From assembly GCA_031261505.1 (NCBI GenBank), contig JAISJN010000003.1, positions 6,141-70,140 on the forward strand: a DNA stretch of 64,000 nt, given 5' to 3'. Positions 30,763 through 39,469 of this stretch are shown piece after piece. This DNA is from Clostridioides sp. (GTDB lineage Bacteria; Bacillota; Clostridia; Peptostreptococcales; Peptostreptococcaceae). The translations under genes and the position numbers were made by a program. How positions within the stretch are numbered: position 1 is the stretch's first letter; every line of letters starts with the position of its first letter. The notes under the pieces were generated by a model. That model did no database searches, was not told the origin of the DNA, and saw only the letters and a list, made by a program, of their open reading frames with translations.

Positions 30763-30850
30763 TTTAAATGCTGATTCAATGTTTTTAGCATGATATTTTA
30801 ACACATTTGAATGAGAATTATGCTGACTCTAGAGATCTCTGGCGATTTTT
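30763..30850 (+). repeat. intergenic repeat, decayed third unit E3
   Basis: TGTTTAAATGCTGATTCAATGTTTTTAGCATGATATTTTAACACATTTGAATGAGAATTATGCTGACTCTAGAGATCTCTGGCGA. Confidence 0.55.
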
Positions 30851-30920
30851 TTAAAGTAGCACCTTAAGATGTGGTATAATTTTTGTATAAGAATTAATTT
30901 GTGAGGTTATGGAGGTTATT

Positions 30921-31349
30921 ATGAAAGAAAACGATGTAGTAGAATTATTTTCTCAAGGATTTGACTGTGGTCAGGTTGTTTTAGGAGAGATGTCTTCTAA
31001 GCTTGAAATCGATATTGAGACGGCGAGAAGAATGTCAGCCTGTTTTGGAGCTGGTATGTTCGACGGAGATACCTGTGGTGCAATAACTGCAGCCTATATG
31101 GCTCTAGGTTTAAAATACGGACATGACAAGCCCTTTGATGGAGATTCAAAGGTTGAAAACATGATGAAACTTACACAGTTTAAAGATGAGTTTTTACATA
31201 ATCACAATTCATTGATATGCAGAGATTTGCTTGGATACGATATAACAAATCCAGACGATTCAGAAAAAATAAGTGAAAAAAATCTTCTTATGACATTTTG
31301 TCCAAAGTTGGTAGTAGAGGTAATCGAGATTCTAGACAATATTTTATAA
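30921..31349 (+). CDS. C_GCAxxG_C_C family redox protein (second paralogue)
   Basis: GFDCGQVV...GDTCGAITAA...LICRDL...FCPKL. ATG 30921 follows GGAGG. The stop TAA lies inside the end of repeat F. Confidence 0.85.
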   Translation: MKENDVVELFSQGFDCGQVVLGEMSSKLEIDIETARRMSACFGAGMFDGDTCGAITAAYMALGLKYGHDKPFDGDSKVENMMKLTQFKDEFLHNHNSLICRDLLGYDITNPDDSEKISEKNLLMTFCPKLVVEVIEILDNIL

Positions 31350-31437
31350 CTTGAGATAAATGCCATCAACCTCTGAGGGTGGCTGGCATTTATCTCATTT
31401 CAGCTGGGGTAAAATCCACCACCTCTATAGGTGGTAA
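31345..31437 (-). repeat. intergenic repeat, inverted orientation (F)
   Basis: TATAACTTGAGATAAATGCCATCAACCTCTGAGGGTGGCTGGCATTTATCTCATTTCAGCTGGGGTAAAATCCACC plus an extra CCACCTCTATAGGTGG hairpin. Confidence 0.75.
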
Positions 31438-31572
31438 TGGGTTAATCCTTAAAATAAGAACAGCCCCTATCAAATATGATTGGAGGCTGTTCTTTAGTTA
31501 AGGATTATTTTATACTGAGAGGTTTTACCCCCGAATAAGCAAAAACATGACTGCTATAGGCGATTACGACAG

Positions 31573-32583
31573 TTAAACTAAGGCGCCGCCACAGCTTGAG
31601 CCAGCTCCTGCTGTACAGGCATAGCAGTGGTTACCTGTTTCTATCCTTCTTTTTTCTATATTTACTCCTCTTAGTTCAGATATGTTTGTAATCGCTCTGC
31701 CAAGAGATTTTTCTTCTATTTCGATACAGTCGCCTTCCTTGCATTCAACCATATTTACACCCATTCCTATAGCCTGGTTGAAATCACAATCGTATAAACT
31801 TCCGTCATATGCAACTGAAATCTGGTCTCTACACATCATATTTGCAACGGCATCTGGATTGTAGTTTTCATATAGGTCGGCTTCGTAGTTTTCTAGTTCT
31901 CCCACTGTCTTTAAGTCATATTTAAACCTTCCGATTGGAACATTTGTTATAGTGAATAAATTATTAAATTCTATCCCCCAGTCCTCGCGAAGCCTTAGTC
32001 TGTAATCCTCTTCTAAACCAGCCTGTTCTGGAGGTAGGAATCCACCACCTGGATTATATACTAGGTTTAGCACCAAGCCTTCTTCAACACCGTAGCCTAC
32101 CTCGTTTAATTTTTTGAGCATTTTAATCGCCACCTCGTAGGTTCCATCTCCCCTCTGGTAGTTGACGTTTTCTTCGAGGTAACAAGGCATTGAGCCTACT
32201 AATTCCACCTTGTGTTTAAGGTATAAATCTATGTACTGACTGTATTTAGGATCGTCTAAGATCACCATATTAGTCCTAACTATTATCTTATCTGCTATTT
32301 TACTGCCTTCTTCTATTAGATACTCTAGATTTGGATTCATTTCTGGAGCACCACCAGTGATGTCCAAGACCTTAAATCCATTCTCTTTAAATACCTGTAG
32401 ACAGTCTTTGATAGTATTTAGGTCCATAGTCTCATTCCTATTTGGACCGGCCTCTACATGGCAATGTCTACAGGCTAGGTTACAGACCTTACCTATGTTT
32501 ACCTGCATGGTTGATAGTTCTTCATTTGTAAATAATAATTTCTTCCTCTCAACCCTGTCTTCGAAATTAAGTTGCTTATTCAT
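31573..32583 (-). CDS. radical SAM / Cys-rich-domain enzyme of the ArsS (TIGR04167) type
   Basis: CNLACRHC (CxxxCxxC), GGAPEMNP, SLYDCDFNQ, and C-terminal HCYACTAGAGSSCGG. Confidence 0.85.
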   Translation of the reverse strand: MNKQLNFEDRVERKKLLFTNEELSTMQVNIGKVCNLACRHCHVEAGPNRNETMDLNTIKDCLQVFKENGFKVLDITGGAPEMNPNLEYLIEEGSKIADKIIVRTNMVILDDPKYSQYIDLYLKHKVELVGSMPCYLEENVNYQRGDGTYEVAIKMLKKLNEVGYGVEEGLVLNLVYNPGGGFLPPEQAGLEEDYRLRLREDWGIEFNNLFTITNVPIGRFKYDLKTVGELENYEADLYENYNPDAVANMMCRDQISVAYDGSLYDCDFNQAIGMGVNMVECKEGDCIEIEEKSLGRAITNISELRGVNIEKRRIETGNHCYACTAGAGSSCGGALV

Positions 32584-32608
32584 ATATATCTCCCCATTTC
32601 TCTATTTA

Positions 32609-32732
32609 TTTTAAATGATTGCTCAACAAGTTAAATGGTGATTCAACGCTTTCAGTGGGAGATTTGACTCCCACTGAAATGAGATTTATGCCCGCCACCT
32701 GTAGAGGTGGGGGACATTTATCTCAAGTTATA
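32609..32732 (+). repeat. intergenic repeat, full copy (G), inside the rSAM operon
   Basis: It has a partial extra left end (TTAAATGATTGCTCAAC) followed by a complete unit that matches 98 of 100 nt of copy A at 2766-2865. Confidence 0.92.
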
Positions 32733-32753
32733 TCACATCAATCTTATATTTCG

Positions 32754-33521
32754 TTATTTTCGATTGTATAAGTCTGCTATCTTTTCGGCCTTGACTCCTC
32801 TTCTGTACATGCCCTGTAATTTCTGCATCTTGTACATTGTTTTGACGACACCACAGTCTAAAAATCTCCTGCTAGAGGTCGTTATAACTGTTTTCGTCTG
32901 ACCTATCTTAAAGTTTTTTTTGATATCCATGGAAAGCTGGTAGTCTTCCATAAGTGGAATCTCACGGTATCCTCCGAGTCTGTAAAATAGTTCTTTTTTT
33001 AAGAATATACCTTGGTCTCCAAAGGCTATATTCCTGAGCCTTACCCTTAGATTTGACATGAATCCACAACATCTCATTAGAAATTTATCGCTATCAAATT
33101 TAATTTTAAAGCATCCCGCATTATATCCTATAGAAACAACCCTACAAATATCTTCTATTGCGCTACTCGGTGGAAGGCTATCTGCGTGCAAGAAAAACAG
33201 TATCTCTCCACTGCTGGCATTTGCACCAGCGTTCATCTGCACAGCTCTCCCTCTATCTGAAGAAATTACCTTAATCTCAGGTTGGACTCTCACTTTATCT
33301 GACATATTACAGAACTTATCATTTAAAGCGCTCTTTTTGTTTGAAATCACCTTTGAATTAAAATCTTCTGCCGACTTTAAAAGTCTTTCGAGCGTGGCGT
33401 CCCTACTGCCACCGTCGACAAATATAACTTCAAAATCGCCTCTGAGTCCAGTTGTCGTAGCAAACATCTCTGAGACTCTATCTTCTTCATTTAATACTGG
33501 TACGACTATAGATACCTTCAT
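32754..33521 (-). CDS. family-2 glycosyltransferase (TIGR04283-like, rSAM-associated)
   Basis: MKVSIVVPVLNEE...FVDGGSRD...FLHADS, the GT-A signature; 255 aa. Confidence 0.82.
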   Translation of the reverse strand: MKVSIVVPVLNEEDRVSEMFATTTGLRGDFEVIFVDGGSRDATLERLLKSAEDFNSKVISNKKSALNDKFCNMSDKVRVQPEIKVISSDRGRAVQMNAGANASSGEILFFLHADSLPPSSAIEDICRVVSIGYNAGCFKIKFDSDKFLMRCCGFMSNLRVRLRNIAFGDQGIFLKKELFYRLGGYREIPLMEDYQLSMDIKKNFKIGQTKTVITTSSRRFLDCGVVKTMYKMQKLQGMYRRGVKAEKIADLYNRK

Positions 33522-34309
33522 TTTTTATCTCCAAAATCACCTGGCGATACCTTTTTAGCTAAGATTACAGACACAACCGCCAATAGTACGAGTAAGACTA
33601 TTGACAGGATGAACGCAGGGTCCTTGACATCTACAGCCTTGTCCCCTATGTTTAAAAACACTAGCGTACCTGGAAGTATACCAATTATAGTTGCGCTCAA
33701 GTAGCTTCCAAAACCGATGCTTGTAAGTCCAGCCCCGTAGTTTATCACGTTATAAGGCATGAATGGAATCAGCCTTAAGATAAATATTATCATAAATCCA
33801 CGTTTACCGTCTGCCTTGTCAAACTGCTCCATCCATTTTTCAGGGAGTTTGTCCGCAAGAAAACCCTTGACCATGTCCTTGGCGAGAAACTTGGCCATAA
33901 AGAACATGAGTATGCAGTTTATTCCAGCTCCTATCACCGTGTATAACGTGCCAGCCCAAAGTCCAAATGATAGACCTGCAGCTAGAGCCAGTACTGGAAC
34001 TGGGAAAAACGCCATTGGCAAAAGCGTAAATAACAATATATATACGAGCGGTCCTACTCTACCATAGCCACTTATATAAGCCCTTATATTTTCTGCGTCG
34101 ACACCTCTGAAATATTTAAAATAAATAAATACAAGTACGCCTACAACCGCGATTGTCAACAGCGTCTTATGCTTTTTACCGGCCTTTGCACCATTTTCAT
34201 CATCAGACTGATCCTCCTTGTGATTCCTGTTTGTCTCAGTGTCTTCATTTACTTTACCTAACTTGTTTAGATTCTCGACCTTATTTTCTTCTTCCATATT
34301 ATTTTTCAC
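33518..34309 (-). CDS. TVP38/TMEM64 (DedA-superfamily) membrane protein with an acidic N-terminal tail
   Basis: LLPMAFFPVPVLALAAGLSFGLWAGTLYTVIGAGIN...LRLIPFMPYNVINYGAGLT. Confidence 0.85.
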   Translation of the reverse strand: MKNNMEEENKVENLNKLGKVNEDTETNRNHKEDQSDDENGAKAGKKHKTLLTIAVVGVLVFIYFKYFRGVDAENIRAYISGYGRVGPLVYILLFTLLPMAFFPVPVLALAAGLSFGLWAGTLYTVIGAGINCILMFFMAKFLAKDMVKGFLADKLPEKWMEQFDKADGKRGFMIIFILRLIPFMPYNVINYGAGLTSIGFGSYLSATIIGILPGTLVFLNIGDKAVDVKDPAFILSIVLLVLLAVVSVILAKKVSPGDFGDKK

Positions 34310-35006
34310 TGCCTTTACTTGTGTTATTCTTCTTCTCGCTGAATATCTTCTTTAATAAGAACACCAGTACAGATACCGCAAATAGAATCAACAGACCCAT
34401 CACAAATTTTCTCGCACCACCTGTTAGCATTCCTCCTACGTAAGAGTAAATAATAGTCGCAGGCAGCTGTCCTAATCCTGTAGCAATTATAAATGAGCTA
34501 AAAGACATAGACGTAAGCCCTGCCGCGTAACTTACTATATCAAATGATACAAATGGAAGCAGTCTGCATATCAGTATAGTGTGTTTTCCGTATTTTTCAA
34601 AAAATACATCCACGCTTTCTATAGCCGTCTTCGTAGTTAATTTTTCTACTATATCTCGTCCGAGTACATTTGCTATATAGAAACAAATCATAGCGCCAAC
34701 CATCGAACTCGTCCAAGATAAAATCGCACCCTGCCACCATCCAAACACGGCGGCGTTTGCAAATGTTATTAGAAATGCTGGGATTGGAGCTGCTAACGAT
34801 TGGAATATCATAAGCATGAACGACACTACCCAAGACCAGATTCCAAATGATCTTATGTACTCTACTACTCCTTCTACATCTACGCTAGACAGTATTACAG
34901 TTATCTTATTTATCTGTGCCTTAACCGATGGTACGAAAAAGTATATCAAAATTGCTGCAATTAAGACCGCCAACGTAGACAATCTTACTACTTTCTTATT
35001 TTTCAT
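34299..35006 (-). CDS. TVP38/TMEM64 (DedA-superfamily) membrane protein
   Basis: QSLAAPIPAFLITFANAAVFGWWQGAILSW...CRLLPFVSFDIVSYAAGLT. Confidence 0.85.
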   Translation of the reverse strand: MKNKKVVRLSTLAVLIAAILIYFFVPSVKAQINKITVILSSVDVEGVVEYIRSFGIWSWVVSFMLMIFQSLAAPIPAFLITFANAAVFGWWQGAILSWTSSMVGAMICFYIANVLGRDIVEKLTTKTAIESVDVFFEKYGKHTILICRLLPFVSFDIVSYAAGLTSMSFSSFIIATGLGQLPATIIYSYVGGMLTGGARKFVMGLLILFAVSVLVFLLKKIFSEKKNNTSKGSEK

Positions 35007-35063
35007 AATTTATGTCCCCTCTTTAATTTAGTAGCGTACATTCTGTACTAATTTAGTTTTATT

Positions 35064-36197
35064 TTAAAAGAAATCCCTTTCGATTGAGATTAAGAAATCT
35101 TCTTCTAAATACGATTTGATTTTTCTATATGTATCTTCATTTCTGATGAGTTTATCTGGGCTTTGGTACTCAACCCATGCCATAGCGCTCCAAGTGATCC
35201 CCCTCAAGCAGGTAAATGTAATATACGTATTCAATTTTTCATATATGCCATCTATGTCAAACCTTCCATTCACTTCTTTTATGTACATCCTTACAAACTC
35301 GTCTATATCTTCCTTAGAAAGCCTGATATCCGTCTTCCAAAGTGTTGTTGTAGGCGCTAGAAAATGTCCTAAATCCTGCTCTACTTCACCAATGAGCGGC
35401 TTCTCCCAGTCTATTATATAATTATTCTGTCCCTCTCCGTTTATCAGGAAATTACCTGAATTGAGTTCTGTGTTTATTATATGTAAGCCTTCCCTCTGTT
35501 CTACCTTGTTGATATCTCTATCCTCGGCGTATCTATCCAATGTATCTACATACAAATCATCGCTGTCAAACTTATCTATATCAACCGTATCGCTATCTAT
35601 GATAGCTCTACATTTATCGCAACTGCGTTTTTTCACAATAAGTCTAGCCTTGTCTAAAAGCCTGCTTATTATCTCCTTGCTCGTTTCATCTGCCGAGTTT
35701 GAGTTTAAGTATACCGAAGACATATCTTCACATTCTTCAAGCATAGCCTTAAGTGGATCTTGAGGAGATATAAGGATATGCTCTTTGGGAATTTCCGTGC
35801 TGTGTATATCGGCTAGGCAGGCAGCTGCAATATGCAAATCCTTTGTGTAATCCAGCGCTACTCCTGGAAGGTATTCCATCACCAAAACGCCGTAGTCCAA
35901 CTTCTCACGTGAGTCGTCTAGGTATATAGGCATAGGAGTCCTGCTAGAATTTTTAAGTATCTCGAGTGCATTGTACTCGTATTCTATCTGATTTTCAAGA
36001 TGCATCTGGCTTGCAGTATTCAACCTCAAGACGTATTTTTCCTCCCCAGAAACTCCAAATACATAATTGACATTGTATTCACCCTGTCCTAGGAGTTGCA
36101 CGTATACCTCAGATTCCCCATCTATTCCAACAGCCTTTTTAAAAGACTTATCATCTATATATTTTTTTATTTCGTCAATTTTCATATTAACCTGCAC
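35064..36197 (-). CDS. aminoglycoside-phosphotransferase / choline-kinase-fold protein with an atypical catalytic loop
   Basis: VMEYLPG hinge and IIDWEKP...DLGHF (the DxE and downstream motifs). The catalytic loop reads IINTELNSGNFLI where HxDxxxxN is expected. Confidence 0.78.
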   Translation of the reverse strand: MQVNMKIDEIKKYIDDKSFKKAVGIDGESEVYVQLLGQGEYNVNYVFGVSGEEKYVLRLNTASQMHLENQIEYEYNALEILKNSSRTPMPIYLDDSREKLDYGVLVMEYLPGVALDYTKDLHIAAACLADIHSTEIPKEHILISPQDPLKAMLEECEDMSSVYLNSNSADETSKEIISRLLDKARLIVKKRSCDKCRAIIDSDTVDIDKFDSDDLYVDTLDRYAEDRDINKVEQREGLHIINTELNSGNFLINGEGQNNYIIDWEKPLIGEVEQDLGHFLAPTTTLWKTDIRLSKEDIDEFVRMYIKEVNGRFDIDGIYEKLNTYITFTCLRGITWSAMAWVEYQSPDKLIRNEDTYRKIKSYLEEDFLISIERDFF

Positions 36198-36858
36198 TCT
36201 CTACCCTTCCAATCTCAACTAGATATTCAGTCGTGTTCTTGCATCTGTATTCTCCGCTTTTTATTCCTTCGCAAAGCTTTTCCAAATCTTCAGGTTCGTC
36301 TATATCTAGACAGCAACTTGATATGCCATAGCTGAGATTTAATCTATTTAAGTTTTCTAATGTATTTTCTATAACTTTTTCATGCCCGTATCCCTCTATA
36401 TCGAAAACTTCAAAATTTGCCCTCTTCATTCCAATAATGAAATAACCACCGTCAAAAGTAGGTTTTAAATATACTTCCTTGGTTTTCAATACCTCAAACG
36501 CCTCTTCAATATCTTCAAGCTTGAGTGTAGGTACATCTGTACCCATCAGCACGCATGAATCGTAACCCATTGCAAGAGATTCCTGTATAGCAGTCCCCAT
36601 CTTCTTTCCTAGGTCGCCTGAAACTTGTGGTATGAATTTTTCTTGATCTGGCATGATATTTTTTAGAATTTCTACCCCGTCATCTGGAGTGTAAAACAAG
36701 ATTATATCCCTTTTACTTCTGCTACACGTCTCGTATATGTCCTTGATAAACGCCTCGTGAATTTTAGCACATTGTCCTTTTGTCAAACACGATTCCAACC
36801 TGGTCTTAGTCATACCTGGTATTGGAACTCGCGATAAAATTATTATTACCTCTCTCAA
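36187..36858 (-). CDS. DUF2064 / TIGR04282-like (CofC/MobA-fold) transferase, rSAM-associated
   Basis: IIILSRVPIPGMTKTRL...GTDVP...DGGY. Probable TTG start at 36858, 5 nt after GGGAGGA. The track ORF begins at 36882. Confidence 0.78.
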   Translation of the reverse strand: MREVIIILSRVPIPGMTKTRLESCLTKGQCAKIHEAFIKDIYETCSRSKRDIILFYTPDDGVEILKNIMPDQEKFIPQVSGDLGKKMGTAIQESLAMGYDSCVLMGTDVPTLKLEDIEEAFEVLKTKEVYLKPTFDGGYFIIGMKRANFEVFDIEGYGHEKVIENTLENLNRLNLSYGISSCCLDIDEPEDLEKLCEGIKSGEYRCKNTTEYLVEIGRVESAG

Positions 36859-37112
36859 ATAAATCCTCCCTGTGAACTTCAATAATTATTCCTATAAAAT
36901 CTCAAAAAATCTGCATTAAGATCAACGTCGAGATTAATGTCCCTATCTTTACTATACGAAAAATACGATGTGATGTCAATTTATGTGATAATTAAAATCA
37001 AACTATGTATTTTTACATAAATATAGGACCTCTCTTATCGCGATGATAATGATCGGCCCTAATTACTTGTTTGTTTATTATCTATCTTCATGTTAGCCAC
37101 TGAACTGAAAAA

Positions 37113-37832
37113 CTATGCATTAGTCCATTCGACAGAATTGACCTGCCTTAGCTTTTCATTCCTCTTTAAGTCTATACTTTTGATATTTATTCTGTCGCAG
37201 TTTAGATACTCAAGATCTAGATTTTGAGATACGTCCAATACTGCTATATCGTTGAACTCACAGTTTAAATGACGCAGTTTGGTATTTTGTCTTAAATTAA
37301 TTCGCTTTAGATTGTTCATAACACAATCGAGGTAAATAAGCTCTTTGTTTTGTGTTAAATCCAACTCTACCAACTGATTGAATCCACATTTCAACTTAGC
37401 TAATTTAGTTAAATTTCTGAGATCTATTCTAGTAAAATCATTCAAATCCATATATAGGTAAACGATTTTCACATTATTGCTGAGATCTATCTCTTTTAAC
37501 GTATTACAGGCAATTTCGAGGTGATATATTTCTCTATTATTTGTCAAGTCCAGCTGTCTTAGCTTGTTTGTAGAACAGTATAGTCCTCTGAGTTTTTTAT
37601 TATTACTTACGTCTAATTCTGTCAAAGCGTTCACACTGCAGTTCAATTGCTCTAATTCTGTCAGATACTCAATTCCTTTCAAGCTTTTTATCTTTCTGTT
37701 GGAAATATCTAACTCTCTGATACTATTAAACATATCTGGAGTTACCACATCATTGAGTCCGACCCTTACTAACTTCTGAATTCTCTTTCGGAAAATCTCA
37801 TCCGGAAATTCGACTTTGAATATTTTTTTCAT
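37113..37832 (-). CDS. leucine-rich repeat protein, no signal peptide
   Basis: About nine 22-residue LxxLxCxxNxLxxLDLxxN repeats (LTELDVSNNKKLRGLYCSTNKLRQLDLTNN...). The N-terminus is hydrophilic. Confidence 0.85.
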   Translation of the reverse strand: MKKIFKVEFPDEIFRKRIQKLVRVGLNDVVTPDMFNSIRELDISNRKIKSLKGIEYLTELEQLNCSVNALTELDVSNNKKLRGLYCSTNKLRQLDLTNNREIYHLEIACNTLKEIDLSNNVKIVYLYMDLNDFTRIDLRNLTKLAKLKCGFNQLVELDLTQNKELIYLDCVMNNLKRINLRQNTKLRHLNCEFNDIAVLDVSQNLDLEYLNCDRINIKSIDLKRNEKLRQVNSVEWTNA

Positions 37833-38115
37833 GCTGATTCCCCCTTACATATTCAGGTCCTTTATTCGTTTTTTCCACCTTAAATAAAATGTAATTTTCA
37901 TTCTTTTTCAAATTGATTATATTTTTATTATATACTTTTTGGGGACTATATTCAAGCCTAAATCACCTATATTGTATACGGAATATCCATTATTTTCTTT
38001 TGAAAATTATAATTTTTCTGTTTTTTACAAGTCGCCGAATCTTGAATATATAAAAACTAAAAACACTGAATCCCACACTCGTATATACTATGAGTGTAAA
38101 ATTCAGTTTTTTAAT

Positions 38116-38200
38116 TGGTGCGGATGAAGGGAGTCGAACCCCCACGCCGTAGGCGCTAGATCCTAAGTCTAGTGCGTCTGCCAATTCCGCCACATCCGCA
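38116..38200 (-). tRNA. tRNA-Leu (anticodon UAG), CCA encoded
   Basis: Minus strand GCGGATGTGGCGGAATTGGCAGACGCACTAGACTTAGGATCTAGCGCCTACGGCGTGGGGGTTCGACTCCCTTCATCCGCACCA. It has a 7-bp acceptor stem, anticodon loop CTTAGGA, a long variable arm and GTTCGA in the T loop. Confidence 0.93.
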
Positions 38201-38370
38201 TGTCTTGGCTACCTTCTTATTATACAACCTTCCTCAAAAAAAATCAAGATGATTGAGCATAAATTTAAATTTTTCGACTAAATTCTGTTAATAAACAAAA
38301 TAACCCCATAGCGCAGACATTATTGTCCCCATGCTATAGGGTCTATTTTAAATCTAAAAATTATTATTTG

Positions 38371-38462
38371 ATTAAATAATGATTGTGTTGTAGAGGATTT
38401 TGCCTCCACCGAGGTGAGAATTATCCCCGCACCTATATAGGCAGGCGACATCTTTTCCAATC
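38371..38462 (+). repeat. intergenic repeat, diverged copy (H)
   Basis: GATTAAATAATGATTGTGTTGTAGAGGATTTTGCCTCCACCGAGGTGAGAATTATCCCCGCACCTATATAGGCAGGCGACATCTTTTCCAA. Confidence 0.6.
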
Positions 38463-39469
38463 TATGAATTGAGCCATTCGGGATGAGCACAGCTATCGTC
38501 TATGCCGTACGGATATGCTGCAGTAGTGAAATAAGAAACTGGTTTGTTTGTATCTCCGTCGATTACTGTAGTATAACCTCCATCGTAATTTGTAACGTAA
38601 ATTTGATTTGTAACTGCATTTACAGCTAGTATACCCGGTAGTTTTCCTACTGGAATGGTTGCTATTACTTTAAACGATCTCCAATCTATTACAGATACAT
38701 CATTTGATTTGCCATTTGCTACATAAACCAGACCGTTATTTGGATTTACGACTATTCCAGCTGGTCCATCACCCACTGGCACTGTGGCTATTACGGTATA
38801 TGTCTTACCATCTATTACACTTACGTTATTATCGTGGAAGTTTGTAACGTAGATTATATTCCTATCCTGGTCTGAATCGACCTTTGAAGGTAACTCACCA
38901 ACAGGAACGGTTGCAACAACTTGATTTGTCTTACCATCTATAACTGATACATTATCAGTAAGATTGTTTGGCACGTAGATCATATCTGTACTATACTCTA
39001 CCTCAAGTCCGTAAGGCTGTGATCCAACCGGTATTGTAGCGACTATCTGATTTGTTCTTTCATCTATTACCATTGTAGCATTTAACCCAGTCGCTATTAC
39101 ATACACCATCTGAGTGTACGGATTTACCTCTATTTCAGTCGGATTTACAGTACCTTTTGGCAGCTCCATGCCAATAGGTATAGTAGTTACAGAATAATTA
39201 TTCTTTTCATCTATAACACTTATATAATTAGATATTGTACTTCCAACGTACATCACCTGAGTTACGGGATCATAGGCTACACCCCTCGGTGCTTCTCCGA
39301 CTGGAATAGTTTTTATCACTTGCAGAGTTTTTGCATCTACTACACTTAGACTATTGTCAAAGTAATTTGATACGTATATAAGACATTTTTTAGAATCTGG
39401 ACACTCACATTGATAACAATAACATGGACTATGACGGCCACATTTGACACATACTTTACAGGTTTTCAT
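38462..39469 (-). CDS. YVTN/YncE-type beta-propeller repeat protein with an N-terminal Cys-rich cluster
   Basis: About seven 42-residue repeats (VSVIDxxTxxVxxTIPVGxxPxGxxxxP). The N-terminus is MKTCKVCVKCGRHSPCYCYQCECPDSKKC with no signal peptide. Confidence 0.85.
   Translation of the reverse strand: MKTCKVCVKCGRHSPCYCYQCECPDSKKCLIYVSNYFDNSLSVVDAKTLQVIKTIPVGEAPRGVAYDPVTQVMYVGSTISNYISVIDEKNNYSVTTIPIGMELPKGTVNPTEIEVNPYTQMVYVIATGLNATMVIDERTNQIVATIPVGSQPYGLEVEYSTDMIYVPNNLTDNVSVIDGKTNQVVATVPVGELPSKVDSDQDRNIIYVTNFHDNNVSVIDGKTYTVIATVPVGDGPAGIVVNPNNGLVYVANGKSNDVSVIDWRSFKVIATIPVGKLPGILAVNAVTNQIYVTNYDGGYTTVIDGDTNKPVSYFTTAAYPYGIDDSCAHPEWLNS

Noticed and set aside
30522-30850. Possible CRISPR array, given the regularly repeated sequence in a non-coding stretch.
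   Set aside because: The units are about 100 bp, directly abutting with a shared junction and no unique spacers. They belong to the dispersed double-hairpin family found all over the window. No cas genes are present.
14648-32583. Selenocysteine recoding in the C_GCAxxG_C_C genes (14648-15034, 30921-31349) and the ArsS-type rSAM gene (31573-32583). All three belong to families with known selenoprotein members.
   Set aside because: All three ORFs are uninterrupted, with Cys at the relevant positions and normal stops. There is no in-frame TGA followed by continued coding potential, so there is no basis to invoke a SECIS element.
37990-38193. 67-aa ORF overlapping the tRNA-Leu gene.
   Set aside because: Most of it is the tRNA sequence itself read as protein. 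The cloverleaf is unambiguous.
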